Shown here: piece after piece, positions 9,244 to 19,161 of the stretch | How the letters are laid out: every line of letters begins with the position of its first letter | Position numbering within the stretch: the stretch's first letter is position 1 | Origin: an uncultured Chloroflexia bacterium | Lineage (GTDB): Bacteria; Chloroflexota; Dormibacteria; Aeolococcales; Aeolococcaceae | Length of the DNA: 64,000 bases | Reading direction: 5' to 3' | NCBI GenBank assembly: GCA_963846365.1 | Contig: CAWJVN010000007.1 | Location: 400,025-464,024 of the forward strand | The notes under the pieces: model-generated | Databases searched by the model: none | Seen by the model: the letters and a program-made list of their open reading frames with translations, nothing else | What the model was told of the DNA's origin: nothing | Made by a program: the position numbers and the translations under genes

Positions 9244-10858
9244 CGCCCATCGCGCAGACCGCGCCCCGGTACAGCTCCTCCTGGGCGAGGGCCGGCCCGC
9301 GGAGCACCGCGGGCCGGTCGCGCCAGCGGCTGTCGAGGAAGTCGCGCACCTCCTCCTCGGTGCGCCGCTGGCTCCATCCCCGCTCCTGGGCCATCACCCG
9401 GGCGGCGGGCCAGGCGCAGCGCATCCCCAGGCAGGCGCCGCCGGTGCAGCGGGTGCGACGGTAGAGGTCCTGGAGCCGCTCCACCTGCTCGTGGCGGACC
9501 GAGTGGCGCACCTCGGCGACGGTGACCGGCTCGCACTCGCAGAGCACCGCGCGCCGCTCGTCCGCGGGGGCGGCGGCGAGCAGGGCCTCGGAGCCGTCGC
9601 CGTGGCGGCCGGCGAGGCGCGCGGCGACCGCGAGCGGCAGCCCGAAGCGGCCGGCGAGGCCGGGCACGTCCACCGGCGAGGCGCCCCCGGGGAGGGGCAG
9701 CAGGTGGGTGCGGCAGGCCACCGGCGGGCGCCCCAGCACGCGCAGGATCACGTCGACGGTGTCCTCGGCCATCTTCCGGAACATCGACATCTTGCCGCCG
9801 ACCACGGTCACCAGGCCGGCCGCCCCCTCGGCGCGGTGGTCGACCACCCGGTAGTCGCGGGTGAGGTCGTCCTCGTAGCGGCGCCACTGGTGGGGGGTGG
9901 GACGGAGCGCGGCGTTGGCGTGGGCGATGCGGTGCTCGCGGATGGTGGGGAGGATCCGCTCGGTGGCCTGGAGGATGTACTCGATCTCGTCGCCGGTGAC
10001 CTCGAGCTGCTCGGGGTCGGCGTAGCAGTCGTCGTCGGTGGTGCCGAGGATGGTGGCGTTGGCGTGGGGCACCAGCAGCAGTCCGCGGCCGTCGACCGCC
10101 TCGAGGGCGAGGGCGACGTTGGTGATCCGCCGGTCGTAGACGAGGTGCACCCCCTTGGCGGGCCGCAGCCGCAGCCGCACCCCCGCCATCGCGCAGAGCT
10201 GGGACGCCCACGGGCCGGCGGCGTTGCAGACCACCCGCGCCGCCACCGTCTCCTCGGCGCCGCCCAGCCGCGAGCGCAGCCGCACCCCCTGCACCGCGCC
10301 GCCCTCCCGGCTCACCCCGACCACCTCGGTCCAGGTGCGCAGCTCGGCGCCGGCCTCGCGGGCGGAGAGGGCGTTGAGGGTGACCAGCCGGGTGGGGTCG
10401 ACGCCCCACTCGTCCATGGTCAGCGCGCCGACCAGGTCGGGGGTGAGCCCGGGCTCGAGCCGGAGCGCCTCCTCCCGGGTGAGGCGAACGTGGGGCCGGC
10501 CCGCCTTGAACGGCTGGTAGCGGTCGTAGGCCTCGAGCCCCACCTCGGTGGTCTCCATGCCCCGCCTCGCGCCGGGGAGGACGGGGATGAGGAAGACCAC
10601 CGGGAAGAGCAGGTGGGGCGCGATCCGCTGGATGTGGCCGCCGTCCACGCAGGAGAGCCGGGTCGTCTCCCAGTCGCGCTCCAGGTAGCGGATGCCCCCA
10701 TGGATCATCCCGCTGCTGCCCCAGGTGGTCCCCGAGGCGAGGTCGCGCTGCTCCACCAGGAGCACCCGCAGACCCCGGAGGGCGGCGTCCCGAGCCACAC
10801 CGGCCCCGGTGATGCCGCCGCCGACGACGACCACGTCGTAGGGCTGAGTGCGGGGCAT
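9236..10858 (-). CDS. glpA: Anaerobic glycerol-3-phosphate dehydrogenase subunit A-like FAD oxidoreductase with C-terminal BFD-like [2Fe-2S] domain
   Basis: MPRTQPYDVVVVGGGITGAGVARDAALRGLRVLLVEQRDLASGTTWGSSGMIHGGIRY; C-terminal CECEPVTVAEV...CTGGACLGMRC; ATG rc of 10856-10858, in frame. Confidence 0.85.
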   Translation of the reverse strand: MPRTQPYDVVVVGGGITGAGVARDAALRGLRVLLVEQRDLASGTTWGSSGMIHGGIRYLERDWETTRLSCVDGGHIQRIAPHLLFPVVFLIPVLPGARRGMETTEVGLEAYDRYQPFKAGRPHVRLTREEALRLEPGLTPDLVGALTMDEWGVDPTRLVTLNALSAREAGAELRTWTEVVGVSREGGAVQGVRLRSRLGGAEETVAARVVCNAAGPWASQLCAMAGVRLRLRPAKGVHLVYDRRITNVALALEAVDGRGLLLVPHANATILGTTDDDCYADPEQLEVTGDEIEYILQATERILPTIREHRIAHANAALRPTPHQWRRYEDDLTRDYRVVDHRAEGAAGLVTVVGGKMSMFRKMAEDTVDVILRVLGRPPVACRTHLLPLPGGASPVDVPGLAGRFGLPLAVAARLAGRHGDGSEALLAAAPADERRAVLCECEPVTVAEVRHSVRHEQVERLQDLYRRTRCTGGACLGMRCAWPAARVMAQERGWSQRRTEEEVRDFLDSRWRDRPAVLRGPALAQEELYRGAVCAMGDV

Positions 10859-10930
10859 GGGCGCATTGTGCCCGCCGCCCTGGCTTCGGCGGCTTCTCGT
10901 CAGCGCCCCGAACCGAGCCGCGTGGGTAGG

Positions 10931-11317
10931 ATGCGGCGGATGGAGAGCGTGCGCGGGGTGATCCTCGTCGCCGAGGACGAGGGACGGGTGGCCCAGGTGG
11001 TCACCAGCCGGCTCGGCTCGGACGGCCACCAGGTCCACTGGGTGCGCACCGCCCGCGACGTGCGCACCGAGCTGCTCGAGCGTCCCTGCGACCTCCTCCT
11101 CCTCGACGTCAGCCTCGAGACCGACGGCCTCGAGCTGCTCCAGGCGCTGCGCTTCTCGCCCCAGGCGCCGCGGGGCGGCATCGTCATGCTCACCGAGCGC
11201 GAGGACATCAGCAGCCAGGAGCGGGCCCAGCAGCTCGGCGCCGCCGCGGTGCTCAGCAAGCCGCTCGACCTCGCCGGGCTGTCGGCGACGGTCCGCGACC
11301 TGCTGGAGTGCATGTAG
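10931..11317 (+). CDS. Stand-alone response-regulator receiver (REC) domain protein
   Basis: VILVAEDE...LLLLDVSL...IVMLTER...LGAAAVLSKPL; only the C-terminal part of the 701-aa track ORF is genuine (the rest is antisense of glpA). Confidence 0.7.
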   Translation: MRRMESVRGVILVAEDEGRVAQVVTSRLGSDGHQVHWVRTARDVRTELLERPCDLLLLDVSLETDGLELLQALRFSPQAPRGGIVMLTEREDISSQERAQQLGAAAVLSKPLDLAGLSATVRDLLECM

Positions 11318-11339
11318 GGCCCTGGGCTTCTCCCGCCCC

Positions 11340-11879
11340 TCAGCCGAGGGCGCGCAGGGCCACGAAGGCGACGCTGGTGGCCGCCCAGAAGGCGATCAGG
11401 CCGCCGACGTGGAGCGGCACCGGGCCGGGCTCCCTGTACCAGGCGGCGATCCGCGGCCCGGTCATCGCCGTCACCGCGCAGAGGTCGATGAGCGCGAACA
11501 GCGCCACCCCGAGCAGCGGCGGGAGGTCGAGGCCGGCGTGGGCGGTGAGCTCGTCGACGGCGACCGACACCACCGCCAGGGCCACGTCCATCAGCAGCAG
11601 GACGATCTGGGCGCGGCGCACCCAGGCGCGGCGGCGGGTGAGCAGGGTGCCGACGACGAAGAGGGCGGCGGCGAGCGACGCCGAGGCGAGCGCGGCGAGG
11701 ATCTGCGCCAGCACGGAGACGTGGACGGTCCTGCCGTGGACGATGACGTCGGCGCCGAAGGCGGTGATCGCCCCGAAGAGGGCGAGGATGCCGCGCACCA
11801 CGTCCCAGGTGTAGACGAGCAGCAGCGCGGTGGGCCGGCGCGCCGACTCCTCGCCGCCGGCGCTGCTGGTGGGCATCAC
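11340..11879 (-). CDS. Hypothetical integral membrane protein
   Basis: 179-aa ORF with about 5 hydrophobic helices. Confidence 0.45.
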   Translation of the reverse strand: MMPTSSAGGEESARRPTALLLVYTWDVVRGILALFGAITAFGADVIVHGRTVHVSVLAQILAALASASLAAALFVVGTLLTRRRAWVRRAQIVLLLMDVALAVVSVAVDELTAHAGLDLPPLLGVALFALIDLCAVTAMTGPRIAAWYREPGPVPLHVGGLIAFWAATSVAFVALRALG

Positions 11880-11896
11880 CCCGCTAGGCTACCGGG

Positions 11897-12979
11897 GTGC
11901 CGCACGCGATCGCCGTCCTCGAGGGCGACCAGACCGGGCAGGAGCTCCTGGAGGAGGCGCTGCGGGTCCTGGACCCGGCGGTGATCGGCGTCGAGCTCGA
12001 GCTGCGGCGCTACGACCTCTCCCTGGAGAACCGGCGGCTCACCCGGAACGGGGTGGTGCTCGAGGCCGCCGCGGCGATGGTCGCCTGCGGCTACGGCATC
12101 AAGGCGGCCACGGTCACCCCCGAGAAGCGTGGCGATGTCGGCAGCCCCAACGCCATCCTCCGCGAGCAGGTGGACGGGCGGGTGATCGTCCGCACCGGCC
12201 GGCGCATCCCCGGGGTGGCGCCGCTGGGCGGGGTGAGCGCCCCCATCAGCGTGGTGCGGATGGCGGTGGACGACGCCTATGGCGCCACCGAGTGGCGCGA
12301 GGGCAGCGGCGTCGACGAGATCGCCTACCGGACCGAGAAGGTGACCCGGTCGACCTGCAGGATCGTCGCCGAGTTCGCCTTCCAGCAGGCGGAGCGCAAC
12401 CGCGCGCGGGTGTTCGGCGGTCCCAAGTTCACGGTCTCGCCGGTGTACGAGGGGATGCTGAAGGAGGAGATGGACGCCGCCGCGCTGCGCCACCCCGAGA
12501 CCGCCTACGAGCCCCAGCTCATCGACGCCACCTACGCGCTGCTGCTGTCCCAGGACGGCGATCCGCTGGTGATCCCCGCCCTCAACCGCGACGGCGACTG
12601 CCTCAGCGACTTCGTGCTCCAGCTCTTCGGCAGCATCGCCGGCGCGGAGTCGATCCTGCTCGGCTTCGAGGGCGACGGCACCACCCCGAAGGTGGTGATG
12701 ACCGAGGCGCCCCACGGCACCGCGCCGGGGCTGCAGGGCCGCAATGTCGCCAACCCGATGGCGATGATCCTCGCCGGTGCCTCGCTGCTCGGCTTCATCC
12801 CCGACCGCCGGTGTCGCACCGCCTCGCGGGCCGTCTACGAGGCGGTGTTCGAGGCGGTCCGCGCCGGGGTGCGCACCGCCGACCTCGGCGGCCACGCGCT
12901 GACCGACGAGTTCACCGACGCGGTCATCGACCGGGTGCGGGGGAAGCTGGAGGTGTGGGACAGCCTCGGCGTCGACTAG
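11897..12979 (+). CDS. Isocitrate/isopropylmalate dehydrogenase-family protein
   Basis: NRDGDCLSDFVLQLFGSIAGAESI corresponds to the N(L)YGDILSD...GS.G.A.SAN family motif; 360 aa. Confidence 0.8.
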   Translation: MPHAIAVLEGDQTGQELLEEALRVLDPAVIGVELELRRYDLSLENRRLTRNGVVLEAAAAMVACGYGIKAATVTPEKRGDVGSPNAILREQVDGRVIVRTGRRIPGVAPLGGVSAPISVVRMAVDDAYGATEWREGSGVDEIAYRTEKVTRSTCRIVAEFAFQQAERNRARVFGGPKFTVSPVYEGMLKEEMDAAALRHPETAYEPQLIDATYALLLSQDGDPLVIPALNRDGDCLSDFVLQLFGSIAGAESILLGFEGDGTTPKVVMTEAPHGTAPGLQGRNVANPMAMILAGASLLGFIPDRRCRTASRAVYEAVFEAVRAGVRTADLGGHALTDEFTDAVIDRVRGKLEVWDSLGVD

Positions 12980-13055
12980 CCCCGTTCGGGTGGGGAGCGC
13001 CGCGGGATCCGCGCCTATACTCGGCCGACCAGCCACACGCCAGCAGGGACCGCCG

Positions 13056-13370
13056 GTGGACATCCTCGCCGTCATCCGCGAACGCGCCGGGGAGTACGAC
13101 TGCCCGGTGTGTCACCGGACCCTCGACGGCTGCGGGCTCAGCCTGGTCAAGGACGAGTCCCCGGTGTACACCGTGCAGGTGTCCTGCGCCCACTGCGGGG
13201 TGACGTTCGTGGTGGTTCTCCACGTGCGCCACCAGCGGCGGCAGCGGCGTCCGCAGCCCCAGCCCCAGCCCCCGCCCCCGGCGCCACCGATCGGGGCCGA
13301 CGAGGTCCTCGACGTCCGCGAGCTGCTCCGCGGCCACACCGGCCCGCTCACCGAGCTGCTCCGCCGCTGA
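13056..13370 (+). CDS. Small zinc-ribbon protein with Pro/Gln-rich linker
   Basis: CPVCHR...CAHCG motifs; GTG start in frame. Confidence 0.35.
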   Translation: MDILAVIRERAGEYDCPVCHRTLDGCGLSLVKDESPVYTVQVSCAHCGVTFVVVLHVRHQRRQRRPQPQPQPPPPAPPIGADEVLDVRELLRGHTGPLTELLRR

Positions 13371-13489
13371 ACTCGCGGTCCGGCGCCGCTCCCTACACTG
13401 GCACGGGGGAAGGCTGTCGTCGACGCAGGAGATGATGGCCTGGGGGAGGCCCCCGCAGCATGGGCGCGTCAGCGCCCGGAGGAGGAATC

Positions 13490-14656
13490 GTGAGCGCGCC
13501 GGTCTATCTGGACCATGCGGCGACCACCCCGGTCGCCCCCGAGGTGCGCGTGGCGATGCTGCCCTTCCTCGGCGAGGTCTTCGGCAACCCCTCCTCGGCC
13601 CACGCCACCGGCAGGGTGGCGCGCGAGGCGGTCGACGACGCCCGCGCCCGGGTGGCGGCGGCGCTCGGCTGCGCCCCCGCGGAGATCGTCTTCACCTCCG
13701 GCGGCAGCGAGGCCGACAACCTCGCCCTTCGCGGCGCCCTCGACCGCCACGCCGGCCGCGGCCGCCACCTCGTGGTCACCGCCATCGAGCACGACGCGGT
13801 GCTGAAGACCGCCGAGGAGCTGGCGGGTTGGGGCCGGTGCGAGGTCACCGTGGTGCCCTGCGACCGGCACGGGGTCGTCGACCCCGAGGCGGTGGGCGAC
13901 GCCGTGCGGCCCGACACCGTGCTGGTCTCGGTGATGCTCGCCAACAACGAGGTGGGCACGGTCCAGGACGTGGCCGCCGCCGCCGAGGCGGCGCGGCGGC
14001 GCAACCCCGCGGTGCTGGTGCACACCGACGCGGTGCAGGCGCTGGGGCGGCTGCCCGTCGACGTGCGCGCGCTCGGCGTCGACCTCGCCTCGATCACCGC
14101 CCACAAGGTGTACGGGCCCAAGGGGGCGGGCGCGCTCTACGTGCGCCGGGGCGTCGCCATCGCCGCCCAGGTGAGCGGCGGCGGCCAGGAGCGGGCCCGT
14201 CGCAGCGGCACCGAGAACGTCGCCGCCATCGCCGGGCTGGCGGCGGCGGTGGGCCTGGTCGAGGCCGAGCGCGAGCGTGAGATGCCCCGCCTGGCACGGC
14301 TCTCCGAGCGCCTCGTCGAGGGGGTGCTCGAGGGCGTGCCCGACGCCGTGCTCACCGGCCGCGGTGCCACCCGGCTGCCGAGCTTCGCGACCTTCGCCTT
14401 CGCCGGCCTCGAGACCGAGATGCTGCTCACCCTGCTCGACCGCCACGGGATCGAGGCCTCGGGGGGCTCGGCCTGCTCGAGCGGCGCGCAGATGCCCTCC
14501 CACGTGCTCCTGGCGATGGGCCTGCCCCCCGGGGTGGCCGGCGGTGCGCTCCGCTGCACCCTCGGCCGCGCCACCACCGAGGAGGAGGTCGACCTCGCCG
14601 CCCGCGAGATCGTCGCCGCCGTCGTCCGGCTGCGCTCCGCCGCCTCCGTCGTCTGA
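13490..14656 (+). CDS. iscS: Cysteine desulfurase, IscS/NifS type
   Basis: VYLDHAATTP...SGGSEADNLALRGA...SITAHKVYGPKG...CSSGA; GTG start preceded by GGAGGAGG. Confidence 0.9.
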   Translation: MSAPVYLDHAATTPVAPEVRVAMLPFLGEVFGNPSSAHATGRVAREAVDDARARVAAALGCAPAEIVFTSGGSEADNLALRGALDRHAGRGRHLVVTAIEHDAVLKTAEELAGWGRCEVTVVPCDRHGVVDPEAVGDAVRPDTVLVSVMLANNEVGTVQDVAAAAEAARRRNPAVLVHTDAVQALGRLPVDVRALGVDLASITAHKVYGPKGAGALYVRRGVAIAAQVSGGGQERARRSGTENVAAIAGLAAAVGLVEAEREREMPRLARLSERLVEGVLEGVPDAVLTGRGATRLPSFATFAFAGLETEMLLTLLDRHGIEASGGSACSSGAQMPSHVLLAMGLPPGVAGGALRCTLGRATTEEEVDLAAREIVAAVVRLRSAASVV

Positions 14657-14708
14657 GCCGCACCCCGCGTCCGAACTTGCGACTCGCAGGCGGACCGGCC
14701 CGAGTGGG

Positions 14709-14714
14709 TATAAT
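14709..14714 (+). promoter_or_regulatory. TATAAT -10-like element about 44 bp upstream of the Rrf2/suf operon
   Basis: GAGTGGGTATAATCCTGACC seen directly; no properly spaced -35 found. Confidence 0.4.
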
Positions 14715-14757
14715 CCTGACCATGGCGGTAGGAAATTCGCGCAATGCCTCCTTCTCG

Positions 14758-15252
14758 ATGCGAGTCTCCTCCAAGGCCCACTACGGGCTGCGGATGATGA
14801 CCGAGTTCGCGAAGGCGTACGGACAGGGTCCGCTCAGCCTCGCCGAGGTGGCCCGGGTCGAGCACCTGCCCCTCGCCTACCTCGAGCAGCTCGCCGGCCC
14901 GCTGCGGCGCGGCGGCCTGATCGAGGCCACCCGGGGCGCCCACGGCGGCTACGTCCTCTGCCACCGGCCCGAGGACATCACCGTCCTCGACGTCATCACC
15001 CTCGTCGAGGGTGAGGTGGCCCCGGTGGAGTGCGTCGCCGGCGACTACGAGTCGGGCTGCTGCGTGCGCGAGACCGACTGCGCCTCCCGAACCCTCTGGC
15101 AGCGGCTCAAGCAGAGCGTCGACGCGGTGCTCAGCGGCACCACCCTCGCCGAGCTGGTGTGCGAGCGTCCGCCGGTCACGATGTTCATCCCGCTCGAGGA
15201 CGTGCGCGACCACTCCTCGGGTGCCCACCTTCACGAGGCAGCTCATGTCTGA
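14758..15252 (+). CDS. Rrf2-family transcriptional regulator (IscR/SufR-like)
   Basis: MRVSSKAHYGLRMMTEFA...GPLSLAEVARVEHLPLAYLEQLAGPLRRGGLIEATRGAHGGYVL; cysteine cluster CVAGDYESGCCVRETDC. Confidence 0.85.
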   Translation: MRVSSKAHYGLRMMTEFAKAYGQGPLSLAEVARVEHLPLAYLEQLAGPLRRGGLIEATRGAHGGYVLCHRPEDITVLDVITLVEGEVAPVECVAGDYESGCCVRETDCASRTLWQRLKQSVDAVLSGTTLAELVCERPPVTMFIPLEDVRDHSSGAHLHEAAHV

Positions 15253-16033
15253 CACCGCCCGGCTCGTCGTCGACGGCCTGCGCGCCAGCGTCGACGGGAA
15301 GGAGATCCTCAACGGGGTCGACCTGGTCGTCCCCGCCGGCGAGATCCACGCGCTCATGGGGCCGAACGGCTCCGGCAAGAGCACGCTCGCCTACACCCTC
15401 ATGGGCCATCCGAACTATGCGGTGACGGGCGGATCGGCCAGCTTCGGTGGCACCGACCTCCTCCCCCTGGCCGCGGATGAGCGGGCCCGGCTCGGCATCT
15501 TCCTCTGCTTCCAGTACCCCACCTCCATCCCCGGCGTCTCGGTGGTCAACTTCCTGCGCGCCGCGCTCAAGGCGCAGGGCAAGGAGATGCCCGCCCGTGA
15601 GTTCCTGCGCACCCTCTCCACGGTGATGCGCGACCTCAACATCGACGAGAGCTTCCGGAGCCGGTACATCAACGACGGCTTCAGCGGCGGCGAGAAGAAG
15701 CGCATGGAGATCCTCCAGCTGGCGCTGCTGCGGCCCCGGCTGGCGATCCTCGACGAGACCGACTCCGGCCTCGACGTCGACGCGCTGCGCACCGTGGCCG
15801 AGGGGGTCGGCAAGGTGGCCGGCCCGGACATGGGCCTGCTGGTGATCACCCACTACCCCCGCATCCTCGAGTACCTCCGTCCCGACGTGGTGCACGTGCT
15901 CCACCGGGGGCGCGTGGTCGTCTCCGGCGGCCACGACCTCGCCCGGCGCATCGAGAGCGACGGCTACGACCCCATCCTGGGTGCCGGCACCGCCGGTACG
16001 GCAGCTCGGAACCAGACGAAGGGAGCCCTGTGA
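15245..16033 (+). CDS. sufC: Fe-S cluster assembly ATPase SufC
   Basis: [25 protein letters not shown]...[32 protein letters not shown]. Confidence 0.95.
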   Translation: MSDTARLVVDGLRASVDGKEILNGVDLVVPAGEIHALMGPNGSGKSTLAYTLMGHPNYAVTGGSASFGGTDLLPLAADERARLGIFLCFQYPTSIPGVSVVNFLRAALKAQGKEMPAREFLRTLSTVMRDLNIDESFRSRYINDGFSGGEKKRMEILQLALLRPRLAILDETDSGLDVDALRTVAEGVGKVAGPDMGLLVITHYPRILEYLRPDVVHVLHRGRVVVSGGHDLARRIESDGYDPILGAGTAGTAARNQTKGAL

Positions 16034-17433
16034 TGGCAGTCGAAGCACACGAGCTGACCAAGGACTACAAGTTCGGGTTCCACGACATCGACGTCTCCGT
16101 CTTCCGCTGCGAGAAGGGGCTGTCGGCGGAGGTCGTGGCCGCGATCAGCGCGCACAAGAACGAGCCCGAGTGGATGCTGAAGTTCCGCCTCAAGGCGCTC
16201 GCCCACTTCTACAAGCGGTCGATGCCCAGCTGGGGCGCCGACCTGAGCGGGATCGACTTCGACAACATCTACTACTACGTCAAGCCGACCGAGGAGCAGA
16301 GCAGGAGCTGGGACGATGTCCCCGACTCGATCCGGCAGACCTTCGACAAGCTGGGCATCCCCGAGGCGGAGCGCAAGTTCCTCGCCGGGGTGAGCGCCCA
16401 GTACGACTCCGAGGTGGTGTACCACAGCATCCGTGAGGACCTCGACAAGCTCGGCGTCCTCTTCGGCGACTGCGACACCGGCCTCCGCGAGCACCCGGAG
16501 ATCTTCCGCAAGTACTTCGGCACGGTGATCCCCGCCAACGACAACAAGTTCGCGGCGCTGAACAGCGCGGTGTGGTCGGGCGGCTCGTTCGTCTACGTGC
16601 CCAAGGGGGTGCGCGTCGACATCCCGCTGCAGGCCTACTTCCGGATCAACTCCGACAACATGGGCCAGTTCGAGCGGACGCTGATCATCGCCGACGAGGG
16701 GTCGTACGTCCACTACATCGAGGGCTGCACGGCACCGACGTACTCGAGCGACTCGCTGCACTCCGCGGTGGTCGAGATCATCGCCCACAAGGACGCCCAT
16801 GTCCGCTACACGACGATCCAGAACTGGTCGAACAACGTCTACAACCTGGTCACCAAGCGGGCCGTCGCCTACGAGGGTGCCCGGGTCGAGTGGATCGACG
16901 GCAACCTCGGCAGCAAGGTGACGATGAAGTACCCGGCGATCTACCTGATGGGCGAGCACGCCCACGGGGAGGTGCTGTCCGCCGCCTTCGCGGGCGAGGG
17001 TCAGCACCAGGACGCCGGCTCGAAGTGCGTCCACGTCGCCTCCAACACCACCAGCAACGTGGTCTCCCGCTCGATCTCCAAGGACGGCGGCCGCACCTCG
17101 TACCGCGGCCACATCAAGGTCCACGAGAAGGCCACCGGGGTGAGGAGCAGCGTCCGCTGTGACGCCCTGCTGCTCGACGAGAACTCGCAGAGCGACACCT
17201 ACCCGTACATGGACATCGACAGCCCCGACGTCACCATCGGCCACGAGGCCACGGTGAGCAAGATCGGCGACGAGCAGATCTTCTACCTGATGTCCCGCGG
17301 CCTCAGCGAGGGCGACGCCACCGCGCTCATCGTCAACGGCTTCTTCGAGCCGTTCGTCAAGGAGCTGCCGATGGAGTACGCGCTCGAGCTCAACCGTCTG
17401 CTGGCGGTGCAGATGGAGGGATCGGTGGGATGA
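16030..17433 (+). CDS. sufB: Fe-S cluster assembly protein SufB
   Basis: 467 aa; conserved SufB core (...[26 protein letters not shown]...). Confidence 0.95.
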   Translation: MMAVEAHELTKDYKFGFHDIDVSVFRCEKGLSAEVVAAISAHKNEPEWMLKFRLKALAHFYKRSMPSWGADLSGIDFDNIYYYVKPTEEQSRSWDDVPDSIRQTFDKLGIPEAERKFLAGVSAQYDSEVVYHSIREDLDKLGVLFGDCDTGLREHPEIFRKYFGTVIPANDNKFAALNSAVWSGGSFVYVPKGVRVDIPLQAYFRINSDNMGQFERTLIIADEGSYVHYIEGCTAPTYSSDSLHSAVVEIIAHKDAHVRYTTIQNWSNNVYNLVTKRAVAYEGARVEWIDGNLGSKVTMKYPAIYLMGEHAHGEVLSAAFAGEGQHQDAGSKCVHVASNTTSNVVSRSISKDGGRTSYRGHIKVHEKATGVRSSVRCDALLLDENSQSDTYPYMDIDSPDVTIGHEATVSKIGDEQIFYLMSRGLSEGDATALIVNGFFEPFVKELPMEYALELNRLLAVQMEGSVG

Positions 17434-17482
17434 CCGGGTTCACCCCATCCGTCCGCCGGGCCCGGAGGCGGTCGAAGGCCTG

Positions 17483-18832
17483 ATGGCGACCCAGCTGCAG
17501 ACCCCCGGGGCGATCGGCCCGGAGGCGGTCACAACACGTGTGAAGGCGGCCGGACCCTGGCTGGCCGGGCGGCGCCGCGCCGCCTGGGACGCGTACACCG
17601 CGCTGCCCATGCCCGACCGCAACAACGAGGACCACCGGCGCACCGACGTGTCCGGGCTGCGCCCCGAGGAGTTCGTCGCCGACCCGGGCGAGACCGGTCA
17701 CGGGGCCGGCCTGCTGGCGACCCTGCGGGAGATGCGGGCGCAGATCGCGCCCGAGGCCGCCTTCGTGGCCACCACCCGCAACGGGGTGCGCGCCTGCGAG
17801 GGCACCGACCCGCTGCTCGCCCAGGGGGTGCTGGTCAGCTCCCTCGAGGAGGCCGCCGAGCGCGACGACGAGGCGGTGCGCCGGGCGCTCGCCCACGTCC
17901 CCGTCGACGGCACCAAGTTCACCGCCCTCTGGAACGCGCTCTGGCGCGGCGGCGTCTTCGTTCACGTTCCCGCGGGGGTCGAGGCGCGGGTGCCGGTGAT
18001 CGCCGCCCACAGCGCCGCCGGCGAGCAGGCGGCGGTGTTCCCCGCCACCGTGGTGGTGCTCGAGGCGAACGCCTCGCTCACCCTGGTGGAGCTGCAGGCC
18101 TCGCCCGCGGCCCAGGGCACGATGCTCTCGGACTCGGTCACGGTGCTCCACCTCGGCGAGGGCGCACGGCTCGACTACTGCCTGCTCCAGCGCTGGAGCG
18201 CGGCCACCTGGCACCTGGCGACCCACCGCGCGGTGCTCGAGCGCGACTCCCGGCTCCGCTTCTTCGCCGCCACCTTCGGGTCGCGGCTGCAGAAGGCCTA
18301 CTGGGACGCGCTGCTCGAGGGCCCCGGTGCCGACGCCACCCTGACCGGGGTGTGCTTCGGAGGCGGCGACCAGCACCTCGACCACCAGTCGCTCCAGGCC
18401 CACCGGGCGCCGTCGACGCACAGCGACCTGCTCCTCAAGGTGGCGGTCCGCGACCGCGCCCAGAGCGTGTACGGCGGCCTCATCAGCGTCGACCGGGTGG
18501 CCCAGAGGACCGACGGGTACGTGCAGAACCGCAACCTCATGCTCTCCCGCGGGGCCAAGGCGTCGGGCATCCCGATGCTCGAGATCCAGGCCAACGATGT
18601 GCGCTGCAGCCACGGCGTGACCGCCGGGCACATCGACGACGACCAGCGCTTCTACTCCCACTCGCGGGGCATCGAGCCCGAGGCGGCCGACCGGATGATC
18701 GTCCGCGGGTTCATGCAGGACGCCCTCGACCGCTGTCCCCACCAGGGCTTCGCGGAGTTCGTCGGCGGGGTGCTCGACGAGGTCGTCGCCGGCCACTCCG
18801 CGGCCGGCGTCGAGGCGGAGGCACAGGCATGA
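17483..18832 (+). CDS. sufD: Fe-S cluster assembly protein SufD
   Basis: 449 aa; C-terminal SufBD beta-helix motif (HSDLLLK...NDVRCSHGVTAGHIDDDQRFY). Confidence 0.9.
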   Translation: MATQLQTPGAIGPEAVTTRVKAAGPWLAGRRRAAWDAYTALPMPDRNNEDHRRTDVSGLRPEEFVADPGETGHGAGLLATLREMRAQIAPEAAFVATTRNGVRACEGTDPLLAQGVLVSSLEEAAERDDEAVRRALAHVPVDGTKFTALWNALWRGGVFVHVPAGVEARVPVIAAHSAAGEQAAVFPATVVVLEANASLTLVELQASPAAQGTMLSDSVTVLHLGEGARLDYCLLQRWSAATWHLATHRAVLERDSRLRFFAATFGSRLQKAYWDALLEGPGADATLTGVCFGGGDQHLDHQSLQAHRAPSTHSDLLLKVAVRDRAQSVYGGLISVDRVAQRTDGYVQNRNLMLSRGAKASGIPMLEIQANDVRCSHGVTAGHIDDDQRFYSHSRGIEPEAADRMIVRGFMQDALDRCPHQGFAEFVGGVLDEVVAGHSAAGVEAEAQA

Positions 18833-19161
18833 GCGACTGGGTGACGGTGGGCGCCGCCGCGGACATCCCCCCCGGACACGCGGCGCTGGTGGACATCGAC
18901 GGCACCCCGGTGGCGGTGTTCAACGTCAACGGGCAGTTCTACGCGGTCGACGACACCTGCTCCCACGCCGAGGCGTCGCTGAGCGAGGGCGAGCTCGATC
19001 CCGAGGCCTGCAGCATCGAGTGCCCGATGCACGGCTCCTGCTTCGACCTGCGCACCGGTGAGCCGCTGTCGCTGCCCGCCTACGACCCGGTGCGGGTGCA
19101 CCGCGTCGAGGTGGTGGACGGCACCCTGCGGGTCGCGGTCGACGAGGGAGCGCTGCCGTGA
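18829..19161 (+). CDS. Rieske [2Fe-2S] ferredoxin embedded in the suf operon
   Basis: CSHAEASLSEG...CPMHGSCF Rieske boxes; ATG overlaps the sufD stop and the stop overlaps the sufS start. Confidence 0.85.
   Translation: MSDWVTVGAAADIPPGHAALVDIDGTPVAVFNVNGQFYAVDDTCSHAEASLSEGELDPEACSIECPMHGSCFDLRTGEPLSLPAYDPVRVHRVEVVDGTLRVAVDEGALP

Noticed and set aside
9212-11317. 701-aa plus-strand ORF
   Set aside because: Antisense of glpA for most of its length; only the last 128 codons (REC domain, ATG at 10931) have a recognisable protein signature.
14677-14714. TTGCGA as a -35 box for the suf TATAAT
   Set aside because: Spacing to the -10 hexamer is about 26 bp, far from the 16-18 bp optimum.
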